Positions 1-12,527 of a DNA stretch of 64,000 nucleotides are shown piece after piece. The first letter of the stretch is position 1; each line of letters begins with the position of its first letter. This DNA is from Eledone cirrhosa (Eukaryota): assembly GCA_964016885.1 (NCBI GenBank), contig OZ024743.1, positions 110,546,001-110,610,000 of the forward strand, read 5' to 3'. Position numbers and translations under genes: made by a program. The notes under the pieces are model-generated. The model did no database searches and was not told the DNA's origin. It saw only the letters and a list, made by a program, of their open reading frames with translations.

Positions 1-235
1 AGACTGCGAATAATTCCCCTTTTTGGTAATGTTGAGCATGTTATTCTTCACTTTTTTAATTTTATTACTCCAAGATGAACTTACATAGGAATACATGTGA
101 AATCATAAACTCGTCATCTACGTAAACCTCTTGTTGAGTCAAGCAACGACATATACTAAAACTATCCATAATAGGAAGTTTTCACAAGGTCTATTTCGAT
201 TACCTATAACGATATTTTCTCATCGTTAAAATATG

Positions 236-267
<32 letters not shown>

Positions 268-280
268 TATTGTATATATA

Positions 281-364
<84 letters not shown>

Positions 365-369
365 CATAT

Positions 370-450
<81 letters not shown>

Positions 451-460
451 CATATATATA

Positions 461-1797
461 GGAACGAGTAGGACCCTGACGTCTCAGCTCATGTCATTTC
501 GACGGCTAATTCTGGACTAAATGAAATGTTTTATTCTGGTACATGAATAGCCGAGCTTCTCAGGGAATAATTGCATGTATGGTAAAAGTGATTGTCACAG
601 GGATTGGTAAAAAGTTTCTTGATGAGACACACAATTCTATCATGGAATTTTGTGGAAGGAATGGGTAGCTGAACTTGCCAGTAGAAGAAAGAGGGAGAGG
701 GAGTGGAGGAAATCCCGTCGTGCGTTGATAGTGCCGACTACAGCAGAATCCTAAGGATAAGAGGTCAAGAAAAGTATACTAGGGAGGGGGAGGGGGAGGA
801 AGTCAAAACAATAAGTAAATCAATATGGAGTAAATATATAGAAGAATAATAAGTATGTTAAAAATATAAAAAAAAACAATTTCTGATTACTATTCCCCTA
901 CATTTGGGGTGGGTGTGGGTGGGGTGGATTTGGGCTGTTCTGAATTAATTTTTCGTATATATTGTACAAGCATTTATTTAGTTAGTATAATAATTTATGT
1001 ATCGTAGCGGTACTCTTATATATAGTATTAGTATTCATTTTCGGGATTCTGAATTATTATTTCGTTTTAGTTTCGGGACTCGGAATTATTATTTCGTAGT
1101 AGTTTCTTTAGTATTTTGGCCCCCTACTCGTTGACCTGTCACTGTAAGATAGATATGGATGATTACTACTAACTCATAAAATTCTTTCAGTACAATCCCG
1201 TATTTAATATTCCGTCCCACCTATTAAACTTTCCTGTAGTTTGGCAGTACCAGTGAAAGACTTGATGATTGTGGTAAGGGAATAGTAACCAGAAATTGTT
1301 TTTTCATATTTTTAACATTCATATTATTCTTCTATATATTTACTCCATATTGATTTACTTATTGTTTCGACTTCCTCCCCCTCCCCCTCCCTAGTATACT
1401 TCTCTTGACCTCTTATCCTTAGGATTCTGCTGAAGTCGGCACTATCAACGCACGACACGGTTTCCTCCACTCCCTCTCCCTCTTTCTTCTACTGGCAAGT
1501 TCAGCTACCCCTTCCTTCCACAAAATGCTATGATAGAATTGTGTGTCTCAACAACACACTTTTGACCAATCCTTGTGAAAATCACTTTTAACATATATGG
1601 AATTACCCCCTGAGTAGCTCGGCTATTCATGTACCAGGATAAAACATTTCATTTAGTTCAGAATTAGCCGCCGAAACGACATGAGCTCAGCCGTCGGGGT
1701 CCTACTCGTTCCTATTACCCACTCTACTACCCTAAGTATTGAGTTCTTTGATGCGAAATGGTCCATCTGGTTCCTTACCACATTTCCTTCCCTTCGT
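461..1797 (+). mobile_element. PLE terminal-repeat (pLTR) fold-back element, family A, in (TA)n
   Basis: Left arm 461-897 is the diverged reverse complement of 1278-1712. An unpaired ~85-nt tail follows (tattacccac...ccttcgtt) and runs into (TA)n. Carries an HHR. Confidence 0.8.
1605..1700 (+). ncRNA. Type-I hammerhead ribozyme (family A; long stem II insert, degenerate core)
   Basis: acccc-CTGAGTA-gctcggcta...tagccgcc-GAAA-cgac-atgagctca-gccGTC-ggggt. Stem I is acccc/ggggt, stem II cggcta/tagccg, cleavage triplet GUC. Confidence 0.6.
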
Positions 1798-1857
1798 TAT
1801 ATATATATATATATAAATATATATATATATACATATATATATATATTTATATATATA

Positions 1858-1924
<67 letters not shown>

Positions 1925-1926
<2 letters not shown>

Positions 1927-2679
1927 CGAAGGAAATGTGGTAAGGAACCAGGTGGACCATATCGCACCAAAGTACTCAATACTTAGGGTAGTAGAGTGGG
2001 TAATAGGAACAAGTAAATTATTTCGTGGTAGTCTCTTTAGTATTTTGCCCCCCCCCTTTGTTGACCCGTCACCGTACGATACACCGTACGATACCTCGTA
2101 TAAGTGTCCCTCTATTTCCGTCCCACCTAGTTTATTTTTCTTATTATTATTTATTTTTTTATTCTTCATTATATATTTTTTAAAAATTTATTTATCTATT
2201 CTTTTATTCACTTATTTGTTTATTTATTTATTCATGTATTTCTTTAGCCTAGCAATAGCGATAGATTTAAGTCTTAGTAATCAGACTTTGCTTATTTTTT
2301 TTTCTCTCTCAGTACTTTTTATAGTTTTACCCTTCATTGTTCTACTTACCGTTTTGACTTCCTCCCCCTCCCCCTCCCCAGTCTCGTCTTTGACCTCACG
2401 CCCAGCTGTAGCAGGCTCTACCAACACATGAATAGTTCTACTCCACCCCCTCTTCCGTTTTCTCCTACCGGCAGGTTTAGCTTCCCCTTCCCCCACCAAT
2501 TTGCCATCACAGATTTACTACTAACTTGTGTGGTGACCAATCCTGGTGATTATCTCTTTGACCATATATGGAATTACCCTTTGATAAGCTCGGCCATTTA
2601 AATACCAGAATAAATTTTCATTTAGTCCAGAATTAGCCGTCTAAACGGCTTGAGCTCAGCCGTCGGGGTCTTACTTGTT

Positions 2680-2681
<2 letters not shown>
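1925..2681 (-). mobile_element. Family A pLTR element in opposite orientation
   Basis: Reverse-complement tail (acgaaggaaatgtggtaagg...) at 1925-2005. Inverted arm ends cttgttcc|tata at 2681. HHR-like motif with TTGATAA core at ~2576-2670. Confidence 0.75.
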
Positions 2682-2740
<59 letters not shown>

Positions 2741-2866
2741 GTAAGCAAAAGGGACATTTAATTTGTTGGTAAATAAACAAAAATAAAATGTTTATAACTG
2801 TTTACTGGAGTATAATATTCAATGATATTAAATAAATTGAAACTAATATCATTGAATATATATGTG

Positions 2867-2914
<48 letters not shown>

Positions 2915-3030
2915 TGAAACAAAATGAAAACGAAATTTCATTTCTCACTCTTAGTATGGCACTTACTTAAATGTAAGTATGCATGTATACGTACATACAT
3001 ATATGTATACAGACGTACAGTAGCATGCAC

Positions 3031-3061
<31 letters not shown>

Positions 3062-3298
3062 CATATGCATACAGGTACACATACATATATGCACGTATCA
3101 GTTTAGCGGCGCTTATTGTAACGTCGCTTTGTTCGTTTGTAAACAAACTAAACAACCTGAATTTATGCCATACGGCGTTAAGGCAACCACGTCACCTTTT
3201 TGTTCAACAATGACACAGGAACGATGTACTAGTTTCAAGGATGTACTTCATAAGGAAAGTATATACTTTCGAACGTTCAACTATCTGGCAGATGGGTA

Positions 3299-3343
3299 AA
3301 CGGTGCTGATGATAGCTAACAAGCTTGAAACTAGTACATCGTT
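3299..3343 (+). ncRNA. Minimal type-I hammerhead ribozyme, canonical core
   Basis: aacggtg-CTGATGA-t-agct(aaca)agct-t-GAA-ACTAGT-A|catcgtt. 7-bp stem I, palindromic stem III, predicted cut after 3336. Confidence 0.9.
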
Positions 3344-3770
3344 CCTGTGTCAGTGTTGAACAAAAAGGTGACGTGGTTGCCTTAACACCGTATGGCATAA
3401 ATTCAGGCTGTTCAGTTTGTTTACAAACGAACAAAGCGACGTTATAATAAGCGCCGCTAAACTAATACGTGCATATATGTATGTGTACCTGTATGCATAT
3501 GTATATATATATGTATATATATATATATATGTGCATGCTACTGTACGTCTGTATACATATATGTATGTACGTATACATGCATACTTACATTTAAGTAAGT
3601 GCCATACTAAGAGTGAGAAATGAAATTTCGTTTTCATTTTGTTTCAATTTATCGTTTTCGGTATGCCTGACCGATTTAACTCACTCAATATGCAAATTAG
3701 GCTGCTCAGCCGTTAATTTTCATAAGGAAAGTATATACTTTCGAACGTTCAACTATCTGGCAGATGGGTA

Positions 3771-3815
3771 AACGGTGCTGATGATAGCTAACAAGCTTGA
3801 AACTAGTACATCGTT
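3771..3815 (+). ncRNA. Minimal type-I hammerhead ribozyme, second identical copy
   Basis: Same sequence as 3299-3343; predicted cut after 3808. Confidence 0.9.
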
Positions 3816-4055
3816 CCTGTGTCAGTGTTGAACAAAAAGGTGACGTGGTTGCCTTAACACCGTATGGCATAAATTCAGGCTGTTCAGTTTGTTTACAAAC
3901 GAACAAAGCGACGTTATAATAAGCGCCGCTAAACTGATACGTGCATATATGTATGTGTACCTGTATGCATATGTATATATATATGTATATATATATATAT
4001 ATGTGCATGCTACTGCACGTCTGTATACATATATGTATGTACGTATACATGCATA

Positions 4056-4140
<85 letters not shown>

Positions 4141-4263
4141 CTATCTCCTGTTATTTTATTTATAATTACATATATATATATATATAACAGAATAATATAT
4201 ATATATAACAGAATATATATAAATATATATATAACAGGATAATATATATATATATATATAACA

Positions 4264-5341
4264 GAATTTAGGAAGGCCTTTGATTCTGTGGACCATTACT
4301 GCCTGATGAAGATCTTACAAGCTTATGGAATCCCCAAGAAGATAGTGGACCTGATATCACTGCTCTACACCAACACCAAAGCCCAAGTCATTATACCTGA
4401 TGGGATGACAGAGTTCTTTGAGATACTGGCTGTAGTGCTCCAGGGAGATACATTGGCTCCTTACCTTTTTATCATCGTAGTGGACTATTGTATGCGCCTT
4501 GCACTGGAGAAACACCAGGACTCTGGCTTTACTGTAGCACCGGCTCAGAGCATGAGAGTTAGGGCGAAAAAGTATCGGATGCTGAATTTGCCGACGACAT
4601 AGTTTTGGTGACAAATACAGTGAAGGAGGCAGAGGATTTGATGTGGGAGGTTGAGACTGTGTCGATGAGTGTGGGGCTGAGAATGAATGAGACTAAAACA
4701 AAATATCTGGTAGAGAATGTTGAGAAGCCAGAGGGGATCACTAATGTAGGCGGGAAGCCGCTGAAATTGGTTGAGGACTTCCTGTATTTGGGAGCGAAGA
4801 TTGGGAATACGGAGGATGATGTGGTTGAGAGGAAGAGCAAGGCCTGGGCGGCGGGCCACAGCTTGAGATCGGTGTGGAAGTCGGACCTTCGTAGAGACCT
4901 GAAAATCCGCCTCTTCATTGCTGTAGTGAAGTCTGTGCTGCTGGATGGGTCTGAGACTTGGACACTGACCAGGAAACTCACTCAGATGGTGGATGGGTGC
5001 TACACGAGAATGCTGAGGATGGCTCTGAAAACATTAATCAGTATACACTGAGGATGAAAAATTCAGAGCTGTATGGGAGCATCACAAAAGTCAGCTCAAA
5101 AGTGACACAGAGGAGACTGAGGTTAGCTGGACATGCTCACCGACATCCAGAGTTGACATTGCTCTCAGTACTCCTTTGGGAGCCCCTACATGTACGGACT
5201 AGAAGAGGAAGACCAAGGTTAACGTATGTTGATGCCCTAAGGACAGACACTGGTCTGTTGGAGATGCAAGACGTGGCAGCGATAATGAGGGACAGAGACC
5301 GCTGGAGAGAACTCGTCCATGGATCTCGGGAATTTTACCCG

Positions 5342-5343
<2 letters not shown>
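4264..5343 (+). mobile_element. 5'-truncated RTE-like LINE; frameshifted RT C-terminal half
   Basis: [26 protein letters not shown] (after a frameshift), GLRMNETKTK, EDFLYLG, GSETWTLT, RRLRLAGH, RGRPRLTYVD, DRDRWR. Confidence 0.92.
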
Positions 5344-5394
<51 letters not shown>

Positions 5395-5423
5395 TAAATA
5401 AGTTAACAGGATGTTGGACTGGA

Positions 5424-5532
<109 letters not shown>

Positions 5533-5794
5533 TGAATTCAAATATATAGTGCTAGGAAAAACAAATGACTGGGAATAAAGTAGAAGTCTGAGGAGAAAGT
5601 TTAATTAGAACCCGTATATGAACAGATGTTTCAGTAAAACAATAGTCTTTATGAATGTATAATAATATTTACACACGCACAAACACACACACACACATAT
5701 GCACATATACACATGTATATATATATATATATATACGTATATATACGTAAAATGTGGGTACAACCGGGCACACCAACATATACATGTGAGTATG

Positions 5795-5839
<45 letters not shown>

Positions 5840-5984
5840 TTATTTATATATATGTATATATATATACACAACTCACATGTATATGTTGTGTGTGCCCGGT
5901 TGCTCACATGTAACATATACATGTGAGTATGTATATATATATATATATGTATATATATACACACATATATATATATATATATAA

Positions 5985-6050
<66 letters not shown>

Positions 6051-6057
<7 letters not shown>

Positions 6058-6235
6058 TAACCGATTAAAGTTTAAGCAAAGAAGATCCGGCTAAGAGTGA
6101 AAGCAGCGATTCTTTGCCTAAATTTTAATCTGTTATTTTAATAAATATTTGCTCTACGGTTCTTATATATTTGATACATATTTATCGTTATCGAGCCCTT
6201 TTTGGAATTTAGTCTTCAAATTTATTATTAATACT
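6051..6235 (+). mobile_element. Family B short fold-back element in (TA)n
   Basis: ttaaaataac...aagcaaagaa is inverted against ttctttgcctaa...gttattttaa, followed by a tail. Related copies at ~9868-9921, 12192-12217, 25411-25640 and 36162-36287. Confidence 0.7.
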
Positions 6236-6248
6236 ATATATATATATT

Positions 6249-6279
<31 letters not shown>

Positions 6280-6294
6280 GTATATATATATATA

Positions 6295-6348
<54 letters not shown>

Positions 6349-6361
6349 TATATATATGTAT

Positions 6362-6430
<69 letters not shown>

Positions 6431-6680
6431 TATGTAATTGCGTCGGAACCCCTTTTCCACGTATTTTAATTCACATACACGTTAACTGCTCCTACCTACA
6501 TTTAGTAATATCTGTACCAGTGAATGTACTAATGTATATTTACAGAAATTATATGGATTTATATTCGATTTCCTCTAAGGTAAAGCAACCAATAATTCAG
6601 TGAATGTGTACATGCAATGTATATCATATATGTGAAATATATATATATGTATATATAAATATATATATATATATATACAG

Positions 6681-6724
<44 letters not shown>

Positions 6725-6787
6725 TGGCACTTAGCTCAATTGTGTGAATTCATGTATTTGGTTAAGAAAATGCACATCGTTTGTTTA

Positions 6788-6968
6788 ATAATTGTTTCTA
6801 CTTTAGGCACAAGGCTAGCAATTATCACAGTGTATTACTGCTACTTTATTGTATCGACCCCGTAAGGATGAAAGCCAAAGTAAACCTCGGCGGGATTTGA
6901 ACTCAGATCGTAAAGGGAATTAACTATACTGGAAAGCATAGCGTCTGAACCTCTACCGATACTGCCAA
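6788..6968 (-). mobile_element. tRNA-derived SINE (Deu/Nin-like central domain)
   Basis: Reverse complement of the 18167-18355 copy: A box tggcagtatcgg, B box gagttcaaatccc. Confidence 0.85.
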
Positions 6969-7334
6969 TAATGAAGGTGTGAAACACATTCACAAATGCA
7001 TTAACACATACATAATAATACCAAGCGATGGAAACTATAAATAAATGATGAAAATATATATAAGGAACTGGATTCCGAGATCTCCTACCAGTAGAACTAA
7101 TCTGCATTTCGGTGTCGATGGTGTTTTGATAATATTGTACAGCAAAGATATAAGAAATAATACATGAAAGAGATTACGGATTAGTTAAATATGTATATTT
7201 ATTTTCTACGCTGTAATGCTTATTTTTTACAGACCTTATATTCTTTTGAAGAGTTCATACACACACACACACAAACACACAGACACACACACACATACCC
7301 CCCCCACATATATCCCCCCCCCCTCCCACATATA

Positions 7335-7393
<59 letters not shown>

Positions 7394-7914
7394 TATGTAT
7401 GTATATGAATATGTAGTAAAATATCGCTGTATGTGAAAATGGATAAAGAAAAACTGTTATCGATCTAGTGTGAGAACAGATATGTGTGTGTATATCTATA
7501 TGGGTAATATGTATATATGCATGTAGTAAAATACCGGTATATGTGGAAAACGATAGAGAAAGACACTTCTGCATCATTTGTGTGAACGGATATATTATGT
7601 ATACTTTTACCCGACATAGATATATATATATAGTGCTATGTACCATGGAGTATATATACATTTATATTTATACGTACAGGGCTATATACCTTAGTGTATA
7701 TATATATATATAAATATATAATATATATATACTTCAAGGAAAAAACAAACAGAGGTCCAAACGTCTTATTAATTTCACGCTCTATATTTGAAAGAGAAAA
7801 GAATATTTGACTAGTATTTGCTTTTCCTTTCATAGACAATGTTCTTTACTCTGGTGGTTTTCTCACTCCCACAACTAAACACATACCTCTATGTGTACCT
7901 CTCTCTATATACTG

Positions 7915-7952
<38 letters not shown>

Positions 7953-7955
<3 letters not shown>

Positions 7956-8237
7956 AAAGTTCTATTTAAATTGTTGGGATACAATAAAATATTTTTATAA
8001 CTGATATAAAGCACTCAACAAGTATTTGGAGTAGATATACGATATTAATTAACTATCCTGATGTCTTCCAAAAGTAACGGTTGCATTTTGAAAGGGTACG
8101 TCAATGTTTATTTATAAAACTGGTATATATTGTATTTTGTCTGATGAAGGCATACTATAATTTAACTTGGTATCCTTGAAATATGTATAATGAAATAAAT
8201 ATGGTTTTATAAATATAGTTTCCATTTGTTAATATCG

Positions 8238-8238
<1 letters not shown>
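7953..8238. mobile_element. Family I pLTR fragment with HHR, in (TA)n
   Basis: Homologous to 38598-39043: tail in one orientation, HHR-bearing arm in the other. Confidence 0.75.
8134..8197 (+). ncRNA. Type-I hammerhead ribozyme
   Basis: attttgt-CTGATGA-aggcatac...gtatcctt-GAA-ATATGTAT-A|atgaaat. Stem I pairs with two G-U wobbles. Confidence 0.75.
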
Positions 8239-8272
<34 letters not shown>

Positions 8273-8325
8273 ATATTACTCCCTTATATATATATATGTT
8301 TATATATATATATGTATACATAAAT

Positions 8326-8409
<84 letters not shown>

Positions 8410-8539
8410 GGAGAGTGAGAGAGAGGGGGTTGAGTGTAACAAAGTTTCTGTAGGTTCACCGAGCTGAGTACTCGATGCTTTTGTTCAGGTCAGTGTGGAG
8501 GTGAAGAGCCAGACAGAGTGTAATATAATAGTAAATGAC

Positions 8540-8663
8540 TACGATCTGAGTTCAAATCCCGCCGAGGTTGACTTTGCCTTTCATCCTTATGGGATCGATA
8601 AAATAAAGTACCAGTAATGCACTGGGTAATTGCTGGCCTTCGGCCTAAAGTAGAAAAAATTAT
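8540..8663 (+). mobile_element. tRNA-derived SINE, 5'-truncated
   Basis: ctgagttcaaatcccgccgaggttgactttgcctttcatcc...gtaccagtaatgcactgg. Confidence 0.85.
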
Positions 8664-8682
8664 ATATATATATATATATATA

Positions 8683-8875
8683 GGAACCAGTAAGACCCCG
8701 ACAGCTGAGCTCAAACCGTTTCGACGGCTAATTCTGGACGTCCAGAATTAGCCGTCGAAACGGCTTGAGCTCAGCTGTCGGGGTCTTACTGGTTCCTATT
8801 ACCCACTCTACTACCTCAAGTATTGAGTACTTTGGTGAGTTATGGTCCACCTGGTTCCTTACCACATTTCCTTCG

Positions 8876-8877
<2 letters not shown>
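8683..8877 (+). mobile_element. Family A mini fold-back
   Basis: 57-bp arms 8683-8739 and 8740-8796 with one mismatch and no loop, then the family tail and (TA)n. Confidence 0.85.
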
Positions 8878-8943
<66 letters not shown>

Positions 8944-9152
8944 ACAGGGAGAAAAGACGATTATGAGGAAGAAAAATATATTGTTTTCCCTTTTTTTTTG
9001 TCTCTCTCTCTCTCTTTTCTGGATTAGAAACTGATTAAAACGAAATGTTTTACTTTGTGTGAAGTGTTAAGGTATTAGTTGATTTATATATTGTTTAACA
9101 AGTTGATCAAGTTGATATGTATGCATCCATGTATATATATATATATATATAT

Positions 9153-9250
<98 letters not shown>

Positions 9251-9825
9251 GTATACATGTGTGTATGTGTGTCAGCCCGTCTGTGTATATGAGTGTATGA
9301 TTGCCGTTGTTTAATCAGTAATCATATTCATGTCTCTATATCTTTAATAAATTTCCGAGATGTCGAATTAAATTATTTCATGATGTCACTTGTTTAAGAA
9401 AACTATTTGTCACCATTTACATACTTTCAATGATAAATCGTTAAGTGTGTTACCAAGTGGCCCATTACTGGACTAATATATCGCCATTCACGCACATAGG
9501 CGCAAGTATCCTATCAAGAATTACTTTGTATAATATAAAAAGGCACCAGTATTCAATGGTATATTTTTATATTGATTCTGAAATTGTAAGCCAAAATGAG
9601 TCAAATTTTACATTCACAATTGTTGACTTATAAACAATTGAAATCGTACCTTTCATGGACTCTTTTCCATTACACATTTTCCGAATAGAATTTTATTGCA
9701 ATTAATATTTCACAGTTTGGGGACGAAACGTTACCATTTAACGAGCATTTAAAAAGCCGTCTAAACTATCTAATTGTCGTTTCATACACCCACATTACAC
9801 CCTATCTTTCTCCCCCCTCTCTCTC

Positions 9826-9856
<31 letters not shown>

Positions 9857-9917
9857 TTGATATATATTTATCCTTATCAGGCCTTCTTTCGATTTTAGTC
9901 TTCAAATTTATTATTAT

Positions 9918-9948
<31 letters not shown>

Positions 9949-9980
9949 AGAACAAAAGATGGTTAAAAGAGTTCCATGTA

Positions 9981-10047
9981 TTTTATTATGCGCATTTCAA
10001 AAACAAATATCATCATGCAATAATAATTGTGTTTTCATCAGATAAAA
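9981..10047 (-). ncRNA. Type-I hammerhead ribozyme (family G pLTR fragment ~9948-10110)
   Basis: Minus strand ttttat-CTGATGA-aaac...gttttt-GAA-ATGCGCAT-A|ataaaa; homologous to 58220-58286. Confidence 0.8.
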
Positions 10048-10126
10048 TAGGATGACATGATATGAAGGTTAAAACACACTTGTGGATAGTGCAGTTTTAA
10101 ATCAACATATGAGAAGTAGTTTTAGA

Positions 10127-11087
10127 TGTATATATATAAAATTAAGTATGTGTTTCTGTGTGTCTGTGTATTACCTATAGGGTCCTACAAGTTACGACCG
10201 ATGTTCATGAAACTTTACAGGCTCATAGATTAGTCATCATGTGTTCTATATATCAGCGTATCGTTTTTTTTTTTTATTCGGGGGTCATTCTGCAGATACA
10301 AATCGATAGGGGGGGTCACCTTTTTTTAGGTATCGAAAAATAAGATTTTTGGCTCTAGCTCCCACATTTTGCCACCGATTTCATTCAAATTTTAAAGCAA
10401 AATAGAATTTATCATTGCACATCCTGAAATATTCTGCCTTTGTTGTTCAGGGCCGGCATGGCAGCTGCTTAAATATTCAAAAAATACCTCTTTTAGACTC
10501 AAATTTCCACTTTCTCGGCTCTAGCTCCCACATTAATCAACCTACTTTGTTCAAATTGTACACTACGCTAGATCTGATTATTTCACGTCTTAAAGTGGCT
10601 TTACTTTTTGGATTTTTTGTTCAGGAACGGCGTGACAGCCGATTAAATATTCGAAAATACCACCTTTTCGCTCAAATTTCCGCCTTTTTGGCTCTAGCTC
10701 CCACATTTTTCAACCGATTTCTTTCAAATTCAAAACTTCGGCTCCACCCCACACATAAATCAATTTATTTGGTTCAACTTTTATACTACGATAGAACCTA
10801 TCATTGTACATCTTATAGATGGTCAAATGCCAAACGATGGCCACTGACGTCGTCTGAGCTTTTAGTTGTGTATTTGAGAAATTTGGCTTCGTGTTAGAGG
10901 TCATTACCTCACTCCCCCAGCATGCCCCTTCGTCAGTCACCCGCGTTTCTCAGTGATAGAGATCATCACCCCCTACCCCGCATGGCCTGTGTGTGGCCAT
11001 AGATGTGTCATCGAGAAGCAGTCACTAAGATCAACACCTTTTCATCAAAGCAGATATTATTTTTCCTACTCAGGCAAAGTTGGCTAG
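10127..11087 (+). mobile_element. Non-autonomous Helitron-like element
   Basis: Head tatatatataaa...tgtgtgtctgtg, three ~170-bp internal repeats (ggctctagctcccacatt at ~10351, 10517, 10690), 3' end ggCTAG|t. Confidence 0.6.
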
Positions 11088-11115
11088 TATCTATATATAT
11101 ATATAATCTTCTTCG

Positions 11116-12125
11116 CTAAACTCCGTTAGTTTCAGACTGCGCATCAACATGTGATATTTTTCTCCACAAAGTTCGATCACCAGCAGCAGAGTTTAAAGAG
11201 CAAAGATGAAGTCCAGTCCATAAGTTGACATTATCAACCCAAGGTTTTTCTTCTTTTACCAGCCAACCTTTTTTCCAGGACGAACCTACTAATACCACGA
11301 ATGATCTTTTTATATGACCGTATAATTTGACTAAACTTGACTTGACAATTGATGTAATTGGTCTAACCTTGGTAATGTTGAGCAGTTCACTGATACAGAT
11401 ACGGTCGCTGAGCTGCTTGCCAGTCATAAGTCTCATAGTGTGGTTTTGGAAATGTAGAGAGCTTCTGATGTGAACTTGTCGTCCAATTGACACAGTCAAG
11501 ACCATAAAACACAACTGGTAGGATGTAAGTGTCGAAGATCTTAGCCATCAAATGATAGGAAACTCGTCTTTATGTTAGTAATTCCTTGCCCTTGTTGTAA
11601 GGTGCCCAACCTAGAGTGATGCGATACTGCGCAGCAATCATTCCATAGTTGTTTGATGATGGTTTGTGACCGAGATATACTAACCACGTAATTTGAGCAA
11701 TTTGCTTCACACATTTGAAGCGAGGAAAAAGCCCTGTACTGGTAAACATATACTGAGAGTTCATCAAATCTGGAGGTGATCCAATTATCAAATCACTTCA
11801 ACATCTCCTTAACTTTATTATCACTACAGGAAAGATCCCAGACATGTTCAAGAAAGCATTGATAGTTTTACTCTACGAAAAAGGTAGCAGGCTTGATTGT
11901 GGGAACTATCGTCCTATGCTCCTCTGGCTGTCAAATAGGAGGTAAAATCCTATCAAATCTTAGCTATGCAGACGATCTGGCCATGATGAACTACTCTAGA
12001 ACTGATCTGCATGACTTTCTGAATGCACTGATCAAACATTCGTTGGAGGCTGGCATTCACATCAACATATCCAAAACAAAGTGTATGAAAATTGATAAAA
12101 ACAATGCCAATCTCCAACTCACAAT
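11116..12125 (-). mobile_element. RTE-like LINE with inverted 5' segment
   Basis: Minus 11116-~11705: VYLGHK...RITLGWA, KLYGHIKR, PWVDNV, DRTLWR. Plus ~11705-12125: LKRGKSP, GKIPDMFKKALI, GNYRP, [deletion], LSYADDL, INISKTK. Confidence 0.85.
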
Positions 12126-12150
12126 ATCTTTCTCTGTCTCGCTCTCCTTA

Positions 12151-12195
<45 letters not shown>

Positions 12196-12216
12196 ATAAT
12201 AATAAATTTGAAGACT

Positions 12217-12272
<56 letters not shown>

Positions 12273-12436
12273 TAAATGGCATTGTTAATTAATAAATAAA
12301 TAAACTAATGCCATAACACTTCACACAAAGTAAAATATTTCGTTTTAATCATGTTCTAACCCAGAAAAAAGAGAGAAACAAATAAAAAGGGTAAGTAAAA
12401 TATGTTTCTTCCTAATAATCGGCTTTTTCTTCCTGT

Positions 12437-12527
<91 letters not shown>

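Larger units (their letters stand above)
2911..4058 (+). mobile_element. Family C element: inverted arm plus 472-bp tandem units, each with an HHR
   Basis: 2911-3239 is the reverse complement of ~3324-3650. 3247-3587 recurs almost identically at 3719-4058. (TA)n on both sides. Confidence 0.85.

Noticed and set aside
8683-8796. Fold-backs as library or assembly chimeras, or as miRNA genes
   Set aside because: Arms in most copies have diverged from each other and breakpoints recur across loci, which supports real PLE insertions. There is no evidence for miRNA processing.
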